From Squalus acanthias (taxonomy: Eukaryota): a stretch of DNA of 64,000 nt. The stretch covers positions 44,394,001 to 44,458,000 of the forward strand of contig CM059432.1 of assembly GCA_030390025.1 (NCBI GenBank). The letters are read 5' to 3'. The position numbers and the translations under genes were made by a program. The notes under the pieces were generated by a model. That model made no database searches, was not told the DNA's origin, and worked only from the letters and a program-made list of their open reading frames with translations. The first letter of the stretch is position 1. Every line of letters begins with the position of its first letter. Shown here one piece after another: positions 36,530 through 50,475 of this stretch.

Positions 36530-37664
36530 CTAGACAGTCCATCCAGAATGGGGACCTGCTGCCTTCCTCCTTCCTTCCTCCTCCTCCTCCTCCTCTTCCC
36601 CCTCTTCATCTTCCTCTTCCTCCTCTTACCCCTCTTCATCTTCCTCCTCCTCCTGAGATAGTCCCGGAATCCGTGGTGACAAGGGCTGCGCCCTCATGAT
36701 GGCCAAGTTGTGGAGGATGCAGCAGGCCACCACGAAACGGGACACCCGCTCCGGTGTGTACTGGAGGGCTCCTTCCGAGCGGTCAAGGCAGTGGAACCGT
36801 TGCTTCAGAACCCCGATGGTCTGCTCGATGAGGTTTCTCGTGGCAGCAACAGCTCTCATTATATGAGTGCTGGCCACGAGTGGTGGGGTTGCGGAGGGGA
36901 GTCATCTGCCAGGTGTGGAGCGGATAGCCCTTGTCTCCGAGCAGCCACCCTCGGGGTTGACGTGGTAGCTGGAAGATTGCTGGCACAGTGGACTGGCGCA
37001 CGACAAAGGCATCATGACTGCTGCCAGGATATCAGGCATTCACCATCATGATATTCTGGGCGTGGCCGCACACCAACTGCACATTAAGTGTGTGTTAGCC
37101 TTTGCAGTTGTGGTACATCTCAGGATTGATAGCGGTGCCTGTAAAGCCACATGCGTGCGGTTGATAACACCCTGCACCATGGGGAAGCCCAATATCCTGG
37201 CAAAGCCACATGCACATTTCTCCTGCTTCTCTCTGTTCAGAGAGAAGACAACGTAGTTCCTTCTCCTGTATACAGTGCCTCTGTGATCTCCCGGATGCAG
37301 TGATAGATGGCGAACTTAGCTATGTCTCCTGCTCCAGACTGGAAGGATCTGGTGGCGAAAAAATTGAGGGCCATTGAGGGCCTTCTCTGCGGCTGCAGGT
37401 CTGGTTCCAAAAGGCGACAAATTTCTGTGACCATCTCTTTGTTGAAGCAGAGCCTCCTAATACACTGCTCCTGGCTTAAGTGCAGGTGGGAGAAGTGCTC
37501 CTTGAAGACCGTAGGTGGTTAAGGCCTGCTGCTGAGTGCCCTCCTGCCCCCTCCTGGCCCCTCCTCCTCCTCCCTCTGCGGGCAGCTTGTCCTCTTCTTT
37601 GCTGCCTCTGCTCCATCTCCCTGAAATACTCGAGCATGAGGGGGAGTGCAAGTAGAGTGCCCAT
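36530..37664 (-). pseudogene. Harbinger transposase
   Basis: [28 protein letters not shown] and acidic tail; multiple frameshifts. Confidence 0.88.
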
Positions 37665-38939
37665 GACTGGAAGCAAGTGGTGTGAGCAGAACCCTTGAAA
37701 TCAGAAGCAAGGCCATCTCCACTTGCTGCAATGCTCCCTGTCACCTCACCAACTTTAAATAACTGTAGAAGGCTCCAAACCGTTGCACAAAAAGCAAGTC
37801 AGCTGCAAGTTGTTGTTGATGCCTTTAAATAGCACTGGTGGGGGTCCCTCGTGCAGCTAAACGCACGTTCAGCTGTTCATGGTTTGGAGAGGGCGTTGAA
37901 TGGCGCGGCGACGTCAAAATAGCAGGTTGTGTGTCAAATCAACGTTGATTGACGTCATGATATGCCTCATTGCCATTTCGCTAACGAGCGCAGGCAACAG
38001 CCGTGCTGCCAACTTGATCAAAATGGCGGCCGCCGCGGGACCCGCCGGAAGTGGCCGGAAGTGAGGCGCTAAGGTGCCAAATTTCATGACCGTACTCTTT
38101 TCAAGTAAGATTGTGTACAATTAGTGAATAAGTTGGAAATCACAGTGAATCGAATGATATAATTTGTGCTCTTAACCATTCAGACCCGAGCAATAAATTT
38201 ATTAATATCTGTTAGTTTAATAATATTATGGAACCTATCAATAAATGTACAGTTCTAACAAAGGTCATCAACTCTCTCCACAGATGCTGCCTGATCTGCT
38301 GAGTATTTCCAGCATCCACCGTATTTTGCTTTTGAAAAAGTGTGTAGGGATTCTTTCCTTTTCTAATATCACCTTTTTGAATTCCAAGGACTGTCAATTC
38401 AGTCCTTCTAAGGTTCTGTGTGATAAAATGATCACTTAATGTGTTCTTTTAAAATACCTTTCTCTGCTACATCAACTGAGGTGTTGCTTCTGCTGAAATG
38501 GCAGAGAGGAATTTTGTACTTTTGTACGCTATTATCCCACTGGATAATTTCAAGAGCAGTAAATTTTTCTCAATTTCTTTTTAAATTGGGAGGCCTGGTT
38601 GACCATTAGATGATCGGTAAACACCACAAATTCCTCTTCCATTTGATGACTTCAAGAATATTGATTAGATGTAAGTTTCTGCATTTGTTCGGATACTTGT
38701 AGCCCAGCACAAACGTAATTGAGTTGACCCATTATATCTGGGCCAGTACTAGCTCCACATGAGAACTATCTACTCTAATCTCATTTACCTGTTCTTTCCT
38801 CAAACTATTTAATATTTCTTTGAACCTTATTTGAACCGCGTGGTATTCTTATTTTATGATCTAGCCAAACAGAGACACAGTTGTCGATTTTAACTCACAG
38901 TGGATGCCCAGTGGGAAACTGTGGGAGTCAGTTTATTTC

Positions 38940-39236
38940 CGACCAGCTTGGTGGTGATTTTAACCACCAGGCTTCATTACCATGCCGCCAGTCCACTTCC
39001 CACCCAAAATGGGCAGGAGATGGGTGGGAATTGGCTGGAAAATCGTGCAGCCATGGCCGCCTGCCATTACATAGGCATGTGCAAGTAGTGGATTCTGGGT
39101 GGGTCTTGCTGGGGATATTCAGAGCAGGGTAGACCGAAACATTCCTAGACAGGATAGCGACGGGTAAGTCACTCGGTGCTCTATAACTGCCCACCAGCCC
39201 GGTTTCTGTTGAGCGGGTAGGGTTAAAATTCCCCCA
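38940..39236. mobile_element. MITE remnant
   Basis: GGTGATTTTAACC...GGTTAAAATTCCCCC inverted ends. Confidence 0.5.
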
Positions 39237-39477
39237 CAATCCATATGTTAGGCATTGGTACAACAGACTCTCAGTCCTAGAACTATCAAGCTGGTGTCTT
39301 TCGGCCAAGCAGGTAACTGGAGCTCTAATAACCAGCTTGTGCCAATATTTCTGTGCCTGCTGATCAGCAGAGAGGCTGAATTGCTGATGTTGTTGCAAGT
39401 TCAGCATTCCACATCAGTGCTGACTCAAAATCATCCACCCCTTCAATAAATCTGATGACCTTTGATCATTTTTTGAT

Positions 39478-39969
39478 GGTTGTACAGAACAGATTTACTA
39501 GAATGGTTCCAGGGATGAGGGATTGCAGTTACATGGATAGACTAGTGAAGCTGGGGTTGCTGACCTTGGAGCAGAGAAGGCTAAGAGGAGATTTGATAGA
39601 GGTGCATATAATCATGAAGGATTTAGATAGAGTAAATAAAGAGAAACTGTTTCCAATTGCTGAAGGGTCGATAACGAGAGGGCACAGATTTAAGGTGATT
39701 GGCAAAAGATTCAGAGGTGACATGAGGAAAAACTTTTTTTACGCCATGAGTGGTTAGGATTTGGAATGCACTGCCTGATAGGGTGGTGGATACAGATTCA
39801 ATCGTAGCCTTCAAAAAGGAATTGGATAAATACTTGAAGGAGAAAAAATTGCAAGGATATAGGGAAAGAGCGGGGCAGTGGGACTAACTGGATTGCTCTT
39901 CGAAAGAGCTGGCGCAGACTCGATGGGCCAAATGGCCTCCTTCTGTGCTGTATTATTCTATGATTCTAT
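39478..39969 (+). mobile_element. CR1 LINE 3' fragment
   Basis: RRLRGDLIEV motif; (TTCTATGA)n tail. Confidence 0.85.
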
Positions 39970-40289
39970 CTTGCTCAGGTAAAGCTTTTATTGGCACACA
40001 GCAAGCATGCCTATTATATAACTTGGAATGTGCACTGATATGTGTGAAGCTCTGAAGGATTCTATGACAAAGGCAATTGTAAAGAAATCGATGTAAAATC
40101 TACCGTATGCACTTACTATGATTGTTTTATAGTGGATTTAAAAATAATACTTTTGCACCTGCGTATAAATCACTTTTAAAAAGCAATTATCTTTTTGCTT
40201 TAATACCTTGCCACAGCAAATGCAAAATATACTCACACAAATACCTACTTACTGCATTTGTTGTTTCTGCAAGTCTCTCACATTCAGTG

Positions 40290-40585
40290 TCATTTTTTCC
40301 TTCTATCTTGGATCTCTGTGTATCTCTTCTCCATTTATTTTTGCCATGCCTTCTCTTTCTCTGTCTCTTGCCTCTTCATTTCTATATATGCTGTCGTTGA
40401 CACCCCTGTACCTTTTGTCTCTTTCTATTTCTCTGTTGTTATTGTCTTCATGCACCGTTCTAGCTTTCTCTCTCTCCTCTGTGTATCTCTTGGTTTCACG
40501 TTGCTCTGTTTGTTGTCTTTTTCCTCTCCATCTCTTTCCGCCCTCCCTGTCTTAATTCCTGCTTTCTCTTCTGCCCCGCTTCCCT
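40290..40585. repeat. Degenerate CT-rich low-complexity tract
   Basis: Strong pyrimidine bias; gives spurious Leu/Ser/Phe-rich ORFs. Confidence 0.7.
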
Positions 40586-43479
40586 ATCGCCCTGATTTTG
40601 CAAGGCCCACCTGGGGTGTAAGGCTTCACAGGCAGATTTATGCAACTGAATCTGGGGCGCCTTTTTGATAGGTCATTTGGTGTCAAATAATGAAGCTGCA
40701 TTACTAATATGCCTGGCCTCATTTTAATATTTAAATCAAATTATTGTTGCAAGACATGCCCATAAACATTGGGTCCAGGGGAATCTCAGGACTTGGCCTG
40801 TTGAAAGCAAGCTTCTTAAAGGGAGAAGATTTAACAATGCTATTTTGTCAGGGTTTTTTTGCACATTTATATACCCTTTGTTGCATTTTCCGCCATTAGT
40901 TAGTTCTGTTGGATAGTCTGCCATTTTTCTAATTTTTGGGTTTTTCACTCACCAATACTTTGCTTTCTCACATTACAATGGTGACTATTCTTCAAAAAGT
41001 GCTTCAAGGTCATGAAAGGCACTCTATACTTTCTTTCATTACTCTTAGCATTGATGTCACACAAAGAGGTGTGGTGGATATTCCTTTTGGATTTCTGAAT
41101 GCGCTGCATAATTCTGTCAAAGTGCCACTCAGAGGAGCACCCAGCCCTTTTATTCCTCATCTTCTACTTTCCGTCAATTACAAGCATATTAAAAGAAAGT
41201 GGGTGTACTGTGGTTCCAAATAGCACTGGAGTGTAGAGGGTGACGCTTCATTATTTTTGCAGTTAGGTGATGGGAGAATAATGCAGTTACCCATTCTTTC
41301 CAGAGGCAAAAATAAAACAGTGCCATAGCAGCTATAATTCTCCATCTGAATCATTAATTTAAACGTACTCTTACTAAACTGAAACTTCTGCTATGGGGAT
41401 ACTATATCATTGTGAAAATACAGCACACTTTTCATTGTGGCTGGATCCAAAATAGAGTAAGTGGTAATTGGGAGGAACTTGGCATAAATGACACTGAATT
41501 TCCTCGCTATCTTCAGCACTTCGGCTGATATTGTGCTAAAAAAGATTAAAGAGACTCGCTTTTAGCATGTTGTGCTGCTTATGCACTAGACGAGAGTTTC
41601 CTTGATCTTTTTTGCATCTTTGATGATCCACCCATCCAAGCCCCGTGGGCATAAGAGCGCCACTCACCTGGTGGTGCTGCACCTGAGAATTTCCTGCTTT
41701 TATGCCACTACTGCACTCTGGGAAAGTTAGACCCATATAAAACAAGTGCAGCTGCTGCCCCCAGTCACTGATCAATCCAGAAGTGAGGAGCTTGAGAGCT
41801 ATAACGATTCCCCGGGTGGAACCTTCAACTTCGGCTGGTGGTGTAAAACGTGCGATATCGGATCAGCCACCTGTTTTACACCCCATCCGATTCTCATTCT
41901 CACCTCCCCTGGCATCTATTCCCACCCCCCACCAGACCCTAACAGCTATGTGGAGTAAGCGACCAATCATCTGCCGCGGAAAACCGACAAGCAGCAGTGA
42001 GATGCCCAGTGGTGCCCACAGCTCATCGACAGAATATTAATGAGGCCAGAACCTTGAAAGCGGTTGTGGTCTCCCGACTGCCACGTTTGGCGGGCGTCAT
42101 GGACGAATTGCCAATATCGCGCCTGATTGGCGCCCAATCCGAAAGTCTCCCCCATAGTTTTTCCCTATACAGAAAATCCATCATAATTTAAAACATTTCT
42201 ATTCCATTTCTTAATCCTCTCTGCTGTTCTAATGGCAGTGCTAATATAGCGAACATAAAAATGTTAAATGTTTGTATGCCATTATTGCGACAAGAATTTC
42301 TAGACTTTAGTTCCAGAGTTCAATTACCTTCAATTTAAATCGATCATTACAACCTACAGATGATGAAATAGATACTGCTCTAATGGATTGTAATCAGTCT
42401 TGAAAAGAAAGATCACAAATATTGTCATGCATGCTGATGCCAGGTTGAACATGACCAAAATAATCCATATTTTTTATTTTCCATTTCAACAATGAATTAC
42501 AATTCCATTAATTGCACTGATTTTGGATCTGACTCTCACTGCTTCCATTATAAGAACTATTGTCGTTGCATCATTTTAGATGTTAAATCTATTTTGGTCA
42601 GAAGATATTCAGCTTACAATATTTGCTTGTTGAGCTTGTCAGAGAGCAAGCAATAAAACATTGGAATTTACATCCTTGGTTCGATCTGGTGATTAAAAAC
42701 CTCAGCATGACTTTACTCCCTGTTGCATTGTTGCTTAATGGCTTTAGTTCCACACCAATGAAACAAAGCAGTGCTTTAATTGTTGTAGTAGCAAAATAGT
42801 CATTATGGAAGGGCACTGATAGTCAAAACTGACATCAATGTGCCACCAACGTTATTTTCTCTTTTTTCCAAAGTGCATTGGTCCAGTGGCTTAATATTGC
42901 AGGTGGGTAGCAAAGGGGCTTTGTACATGTTCCTATTTTCCAGCAACAGTAAGAATTATTAAAAAAAAATGATTTCTGACCGTAATGAGGCTTAATTTTG
43001 AACGGCTCAACACTTCGTTGAATTGGGGAAGAATGACCCCTGAAATTGTGAGCAATGTTTCTGTCAATTCCACCCTGGAACTTCAGCCAAAGCAAAACAC
43101 ATAAAGGTGACAGCAGTGTGAAAGTACACCTGAAGAATATATAGCTTAGAATTTAAGTATTCACCTGTTGGTACTAAATTGACTTTGTGCTACTGAATAA
43201 AATATATGTTCGTTCCACAGTGCTCTCATCTGCCATTAGTGCTGCTGTGTTAAGACTTACATAACATCAGGAATAAAATCTTGCCCTCAGTTTCATTCTA
43301 ACATCTAAACAAGGAGCCAGTAACCATTTTTCTGAACATGGATTATGGAAACATTTGATGTTTAAAGACAGTATATAAGGAATGAGTTTATTGATAGCCA
43401 TGTTTTGTTTTTGGTAGGATGCTGTTATTTGATATTTTACATCAATATGATCCAAAAAGGAAAAGTTTTAAAGACATAT

Positions 43480-45180
43480 GGGGGAAAAATTTGGTACCTT
43501 AGCGCCTCCCGTTAGCACCAGCAGATGGCGCTAACAGGGTGCAAGAGCATTATCTCCAGGGCGAGGCGAATCCTGCGCTGCACGCCAATTCCCCCCCCCC
43601 CCCCACCGCAGTGCCACCGCTAACAGTTGTCGGTGGGAGCCTCAACGCCAAATGGATCGTGACATCAGTGAGTGTACAACGCTCACTGACCATCAGATCT
43701 ACAAAATTGATTGTCGCCACCTACCTTAGCGCCTGGAGGAAACAGTGACAGGGAGAGCTGGTGTGAAGCACCAGGAAGCCGGCTCCAGGGACATTATTTA
43801 AAGGGATCATCAGTAATGAGTCGCAGCTGTAGGTTAGTGGAGTTTCAGTGCTTTCTTGTCAGTTTCACATAGTACAACAGTCTCATTCCGTGATTTCAAG
43901 GTTATTTAGTATCAGGAGTGTTGTGGCAACTAAAAAGTAGCTACATTTATTCTTAAAAAAATCAAACTGCTACACTTAGTTACATTAATGGGGGCTGTAC
44001 TGGCAGTCGACCTCGCCCTCCAGGATCTATGGCGGAGGGAGCGGAGGCAGCGAGAAAGACTGGAAGATGAGGCCAGAGGGAAGAGGAGTGCTATCAGGGC
44101 TCTCAACAGGAAGCATTACCATCTGAGGGTATTCCGAGAGCACTTCTCCTACCTCCAATTAAGTGAGGAGCAGTGTATTAGAAGGCTCCGCTTCACCAAG
44201 GAGGTGGTCACAGAACACTGCCACTTCCTGCAACCAGACCTCGAGCCTCAGATCAGGGCAACCACAGCTCTCAGTGGCAGTTAAGGTCACCGTCGCCCTC
44301 AATTTCTTCGCCAGCGGATCCTTCCAGTCTGCAACAGGAGACTTTGCTAACATCTCGTAGTTCGCCGTCCATCGCTGCATCCGGGAGGTCACAGAGGCTC
44401 TCTACAGTAGAAGGGACGACATTTTCTTCCCCATTACCAAAGAGAAGCAGGACGAGCGTGCATGTGGCTTTGCCAGGATTGCGGGATTCCCCATGGTGCA
44501 GGGCGCCATTGACTGCACCCACGTGGCTTTATGGGCACCACATAACAATCCTGAGATCTTCCGTAACCGCAAGGCTACCACTCACTTAATGTGCAGTTGG
44601 TGTGCGACCACAGATAGCTAATCCTAAATGTCAATGCCCGCTATTCTGGCAGCAGCCACGATTCCTTCATCCTGTGCCAGACCGGACTGCCAGCACTCTT
44701 CAAGCCACCACGTCAAGCTCGCGGCTGGCTGGTTGGAGACAAGGGTTATCCGCTCTCCACCTGGCTCATGACTCCCCTCCACAACCCCAATGCTCCTGTC
44801 CAGCATTCATATAATGAGAGCCATGCTGTCACCAGGAACATCATCAAGCAGACCACCGGCCTGCTGAAGCAACAGTTCTGCTGCTTTGACTACTCGGGAG
44901 GAGCCCTCCAGTACTCGGCGGAGTGGGTGTCCCATTTCGTGGTGGTCTGCTGCATTTTCCACAACCTGGCCATCATGAGGGCCCACCCTTTGCTACCAGG
45001 GATTGCGGGACCACCTCAGGAGGAGGAAGAGGGAGAGGAAGAGGAGGAAGAGGAGGAACAGGAGCGAGGGAAGAGGCAGCCACTCAATCGGCCTTCCGGA
45101 AGGGTGGTCCGTGACCGCCTCATCACTGCGGTTTGAATGAATGAAACCCCAGATCCCCGTTGCTCCCCGCATCTCCATCA
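43480..45180 (+). mobile_element. Harbinger element (left end plus transposase pseudogene 43988-45136), truncated
   Basis: GGGGGAAAAATTTGG terminus; IDCTHV, HDS, GDKGY motifs and poly-Glu tail; stops and frameshifts; abuts a minus-strand CR1 tail at ~45183-45310. Confidence 0.88.
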
Positions 45181-47269
45181 TTAGAATAATAGAATCATAG
45201 AATGGTTACAGCACGGAAAAAGGCCATTCAGCCCGTCGAGCCCATGCCGGCTCTCTGCAAGAGCACTTCAGCTAGTCCCATTCCCCTGCCCTTTCCCCAT
45301 AGCCCTGTGAACACTTGATCACTCTTATTATAATACAACTATTCCTGGAATTGCTGCAGGGAATCTCCCTCAATAACCGGCAAAAGATTGGCGGACACCC
45401 TGGAGAAATGACCGTTTGTGTCATTTCAGCAGAGTTTCTACTGATCCCCCACCAAAGTTACGGCAAGGAATTGGGGGATCTCCACAGAAATTCTATTCCC
45501 TGTTTTTTGACATTACGTTCATATGGGATGGTTTTTCATATGTATCTTAAGTCTATTCAACAGCTACCACCGCTTATCTTCACCCTCATCTTTCTTCATC
45601 TATAGTTATTCTTTGCCTCACTGCAAAGGTGTAGAATTGCTGCTAGGGTAATCTAGTAATAATCTCAGACTTGAGAGTTATCTCCTTGACTGTATAAATA
45701 AAGACCCTAAAAGTGGGATATTAGCAGATGAGCACTTAATGCGTTTGGACCTACCCTCTCTACTATGTGAAACCATTTATTTTATTTTAAATGGGACAAA
45801 ACTCCGCTAAAATAGCAGAGAGCAGTTTCAGATGAACACATTAAGTAATCAGAGCATTTGTTTGTACTGCAATTGCTGCTTAAATAAAAAAATATCCTGC
45901 TCTTGAGTTTTGGTGAAATACACTTTCTATGAATTTACAGTTTCATTCATTTTGATTTATAATATTTTTTTATCAGAGCTAGTAGGCGCCCTGCTTCCAC
46001 TGCTAGCAGGAATTGTTTCCAGGGGCTGAAAGGTCACTTACCATTACAGTCAGCTATTATTTCTATCCAAATGAATAATATCATTTCTATTTCCTGGAGA
46101 TGCAATCTTAAAGATGCCAGAAGCTTGTGTTATTTTTATCAAGTAAACTGGCTTACTACACATTGCACTGAGAGTCTGCATCACATAACAAGCAAACTTA
46201 GAAAAGTTCCTTCGAAACAAACCTCACTTTCAGAATGTCCTGCAAAGCTTATTGCGGCACATATTTTTTGTTTTAAATCCTATACCATTACTTTCTTTAA
46301 CACAAACAAGTATCCCTGACTTAGCACAGCAACACCAATCCCGATGCATTTTGACTGTAGATTTTCTTGTAACAGTTATCCTGGCCTTGATTTTAACCCC
46401 AATCCACCCTGGACGGGCAGGAAAGGGTCAAGCGAGGGATTAAAATGGTGGAAATGGTGATCCCGCCACCCCCCCCCCCCACCCCACCCCCACGATATTA
46501 ACAGTGGTATTGGGGTGTCGGAGAGGTGGGAGGCTCATATGTAAAGCGGTGCCCTATGACGTAATTAGGACCCCAATGTTATTTTAACTGGTGCAGCATG
46601 GGAAACACCGAGTTCAGGAACATCGTTAGAGGAACCCCAGCAGGATTGGATCAGCACTGTTCAGTGTACTGGATGTAAAGGAGCCATGAGGAGAATATAG
46701 CTGCAATAGTGGTCTTTTTATTACATGGCGAGCTGTGACTTTGTAGTCAGTGTTGTTTATTTTGGAACTTAACAGCTTCTTCCTAAAAACTCAAAAAAGG
46801 TCAGTGGCTCCACCTACTACGTGAGGAAGCTGAACACCAAAACAATAGGCACAATGTCCTGGCCACCATACAACACATGCTGCATGAGTGGCTGCGCAAG
46901 ATGGGGAGATCAGCTCTTGGATGAATACTTCCAATTCAGATGAGTAGCTCCACCTCTGGCATGGCTGATGTGCTAGACCAACCATGTTCACCCGAGAGGG
47001 AATGGTACCAATATGGCATCTGCAATGGAAATCTTGTGACCCATAGACCAAGCAACATGGGTGAATCACCCAGATTATGCTGATTGGTGCTATATCTAAT
47101 GTAGGGTCCATCATCCCAAGCAATTAATTGCTCAGGGCAGGACAGTCTTGAGTATAGAATGTAGTCAGCTCTGAGGCAATATCTTTGAGTCTATATATGA
47201 AGACTGATCACTGGCAGCCATGAACAGATGCTCACCAGCAGTGGCCTAAATAGGGGACATCAGGTATAG

Positions 47270-49050
47270 GATATTGGAATGCAATTTATAATGGGGAATG
47301 AGGAAATGGCGGAGAAATTAAATAAATACTTTGTTTCTGTCTTCACGGAGGAAGACACAAAAAACCTCCCAGAAATACGAGAAATCCAAGGGTGTGATGA
47401 AAATGAGGAACTTAAAGAAATTATTATTAGTAAAAAAACAGTACTAGCAAAATTAATGGGACTAAAAGTCGATAAATCCCAAGGACCAGATGACCTACAT
47501 CCTAGGGTTTTGAAAGAGGTGGCCATTGGAATAGTTGACGCATTGGTTGTCATCTTCCAAAATTCTATAGATTCTGGAATGGTTCCTGCAGATTGGAGGA
47601 TAGCAAATGTAACCCAGCTATTTAAGAAAGGAGGGAGAGAGAAAACGGGGAACTACAGACCTGTTAGCCTCACATCAGTAGTTGGGAAAATGCTGGAATC
47701 TATTATAAAGAATGCAATAACTGGGCACTTAGAAACTAATAGTAAGATTGGGCAGAGTCAACATGGATTTATGAAAGGGAAATCCTGTTTGACAAACCTA
47801 TTGGAGTCCTTTGAGGTTGTAACTAGTGGAGTAGACAAAGGGGAACCGGCAAATGTGCTGTATCTGGATTTTCAGAAGGCCTTCGATAAGGTCCCACACA
47901 AGAGGTTGGTGAACAAAATTAGGGCACATGGAATTGGCGGTAATATACTAGCATGGATTGAGAATTGGTTAAGAGACAGAAAACAAAGAGTAGGGATAAA
48001 CGGGTCTTTTTCAGGATGGCAGGCTGTGACTAGTGGGGTACCGTAAGGATCGATGCTTGGGCCCCAGCTATTCACAATCTATATCAATGATTTGGATGAG
48101 GGGACTAAATGTAACATCTCTAAATTTTCTGATGATACAAAGCTACGTGTCAGTGTCAGTTGTGAAGAGGATTCAAGGGGATCTCGACAGGCTCAGTGAG
48201 TGGGCGAGAACATGGCAGATGGAATATAATGTGGATAAATGTGAAGTTATCCACTTTGGTAGAAAAAACAGAAAGGCAGAGTATTTCCTAAATGGTGAAA
48301 GTTTGGGGAATGCAGATGCTCAAAGGGACCTGGGTGTCCTTGTACATGAGTCACTGAAAGTGAATGTGCAGGTGCAGCAAGCCATTAGGAAGGCAAATGG
48401 TATGCTGGCCTTCATTACAAGAGGATTTGTGTGTAGGAGTGAAGAAGTCTTACTCCAATTATATAGGACCTTGGTGAGACCACACCTGGAGTACTGTGTA
48501 CAATTTTGATCTCCTTACCTAAGGAAGGATATACTTGCCATAGAGGGAGTGCAACGAAGGTTCACGAGATTGATTCCTGGGATGGCAGGACTGTCGTATG
48601 AGAAGAGATTGAGTAAACTAGGCCTGTATTCTCTTGAATTCAGAAGAATGAGAGGGGATCTCATTGAAGCATACAAAATTATTACAGGGCTTGATAGGAT
48701 GGATGCTGGGAGAATGTTTCCCTTGGCTGGGGAGTCTAGAACCAGGGGCCACTGCCTCAAGATAAAGGGTAGGCCATTCAGGACTGAGATGAGAAGAAAT
48801 TTCTACACACAGAGGGTGGTGAATCTTTGGAATTCTCTACCCCAGAGGGCTGCGGAGGCTCAGTCATTGGGTATATTCAAAACAGAAGTCGATAGATTTC
48901 TGACTAGTAAGGGCATTGAGGGATATGGCGATAGGGCCGGTGAATGGAGTTGAGGCAGAAGATCAGCCATGATCTCATTGAATGGCGGAGCAGGCTCGAA
49001 GGGCCGAATGGCCTATTCCTGCTCCTATTTCTTATGTTCTTATGTTCTTA
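47270..49050 (+). mobile_element. CR1 LINE, 5'-truncated and decayed
   Basis: RT ORF pieces 47279-48953; (TTCTTATG)n tail. Confidence 0.92.
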
Positions 49051-49729
49051 AACTAAAAGCCTGTCAAGCTCTCCCTTCAAAGGCAGTGAGACCTGCACAA
49101 TGACTGTCTGAAGCTCTCTTTCCTTTACTGCTACACTATCAAGGAGTACAACAGATCCCTCCATCATGCCATGTGAACTAGCTGAAGATCCCAAGTTGGA
49201 TAAGCTAGCTTCCGCCAGTATGGGAACAGAGAAGGCACAACCACAGACACTTAGAGACTTCCCACCGTGATTTACAATTACTCAGATTTCAGCCCTGACT
49301 AAATGCAGCCTCCTTTGAAGAGGTGCACTGGTGCTTTTAATAGTGGCCAGGACTCCCACTGGAGATTGTGTCATTCGGGTGTGCAGGCCACCGGCAGACG
49401 AGTCACTTAGCCGGGAAACCCAGAAGCCTTCTGTAAATGAGGCCGGGCCATTAAAATTGTACAGGCCTCCACGTCTCTGGAATTTGTGGACTTGTTGTCC
49501 GCTCCTGTCATCGCACACTCTGTTCCCGTCACCCACTTAAAATCGGGGCCTCTGAGTTTATAAGTGTGTGAACATGGTGGTAGACAATGTCTATCACGTA
49601 TTGGCCTGCATAGTCAGCAGCACACTCACTTACCATGGATATAAGCTTCCTTCATTATTGGCACCGTCATCCTCTAGTACGAGGGACACACTACAACTAT
49701 AAGTGTGTGGGTGTGTGTGTGTTTTGAAT

Positions 49730-50475
49730 GGCCCAAAAATTAGTCTTAGTACGCGAGAGTACGCATTGTGTACTCTCGCGTATTCTGTCTCCAATTGCCG
49801 GTTTTCTGCATGCACTGCGCATGCGCTGAAAACCGGCACTTGGTGAACTCAAAAGGGGGCGGTTCCTAAGTGAACCGCGTGCGCACTACAGGCTGCGCGC
49901 ACGCAGTGCACTTAGTGCTTTGAACGCGCAGGTAAGCATGGAAGATTTTGCACATAAAGAAAGGAAGCGTAAGACCCTCTTTTAACAAGGTAAGTAGTTA
50001 ATTAAGTATTATTTTACATTTTTTTCAACAGGTATATCTTTTTTAGAGACTTTAAAGAAAGGTAAGTTTATTTTTATAACTTTTAAAAAGATTTTACATT
50101 TTTTCAAAAATTTAATTTTTTGTTTAAAGTGGTTAATTTATTTAACTATACTTATTTTATTAATGTGATGGTTTTTAAAAAAAAATTAATTGAGGTTTAG
50201 CTGTTCTTTTGGGGGGGGGTATAGATTCATAGCTTTGACAGCCCTTGCTGTCAAAACTATGAATGAAAGATGGTGTGCTGCCATTGGCTCTAACTGAATC
50301 ACGTGATCCCACAGCTCGCACGAATTAACTGCGTCTGTGGGATACGCACACACTGCACAGCTGCAGCCTTGAAACTCAAGTTCGTGTGAGCTCGGAAGGA
50401 AAAGGCAGGCGCGCAGTGAGATATCGTGGGGAAGCCTTACCCCCGCAGGAAGGCTCCGTCTTTAATTTCTGGGCC
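49730..50475. mobile_element. Harbinger-type MITE family A, copy 2 (inverted relative to copy 1)
   Basis: GGCCCAAAAATT...AATTTCTGGGCC; flanks AAT / CAT; colinear with the reverse complement of 13247-13987. Confidence 0.88.

Larger units (their letters stand above)
31984..38091 (-). mobile_element. Second Harbinger, opposite orientation, also truncated in Myb intron 1
   Basis: Terminus CCAAATTTCATGACC at 38091; Myb exon acceptors on + at 32004 and 34343. Confidence 0.8.

Noticed and set aside
39270..39440. Possible ancient SINE (LF-SINE-like) fragment
   Set aside because: Only a short remembered motif (CAGCAGAGAGGC) matches; insufficient evidence
40122..40668. Hydrophobic ORFs resembling membrane proteins
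   Set aside because: Artefact of the CT-rich low-complexity tract
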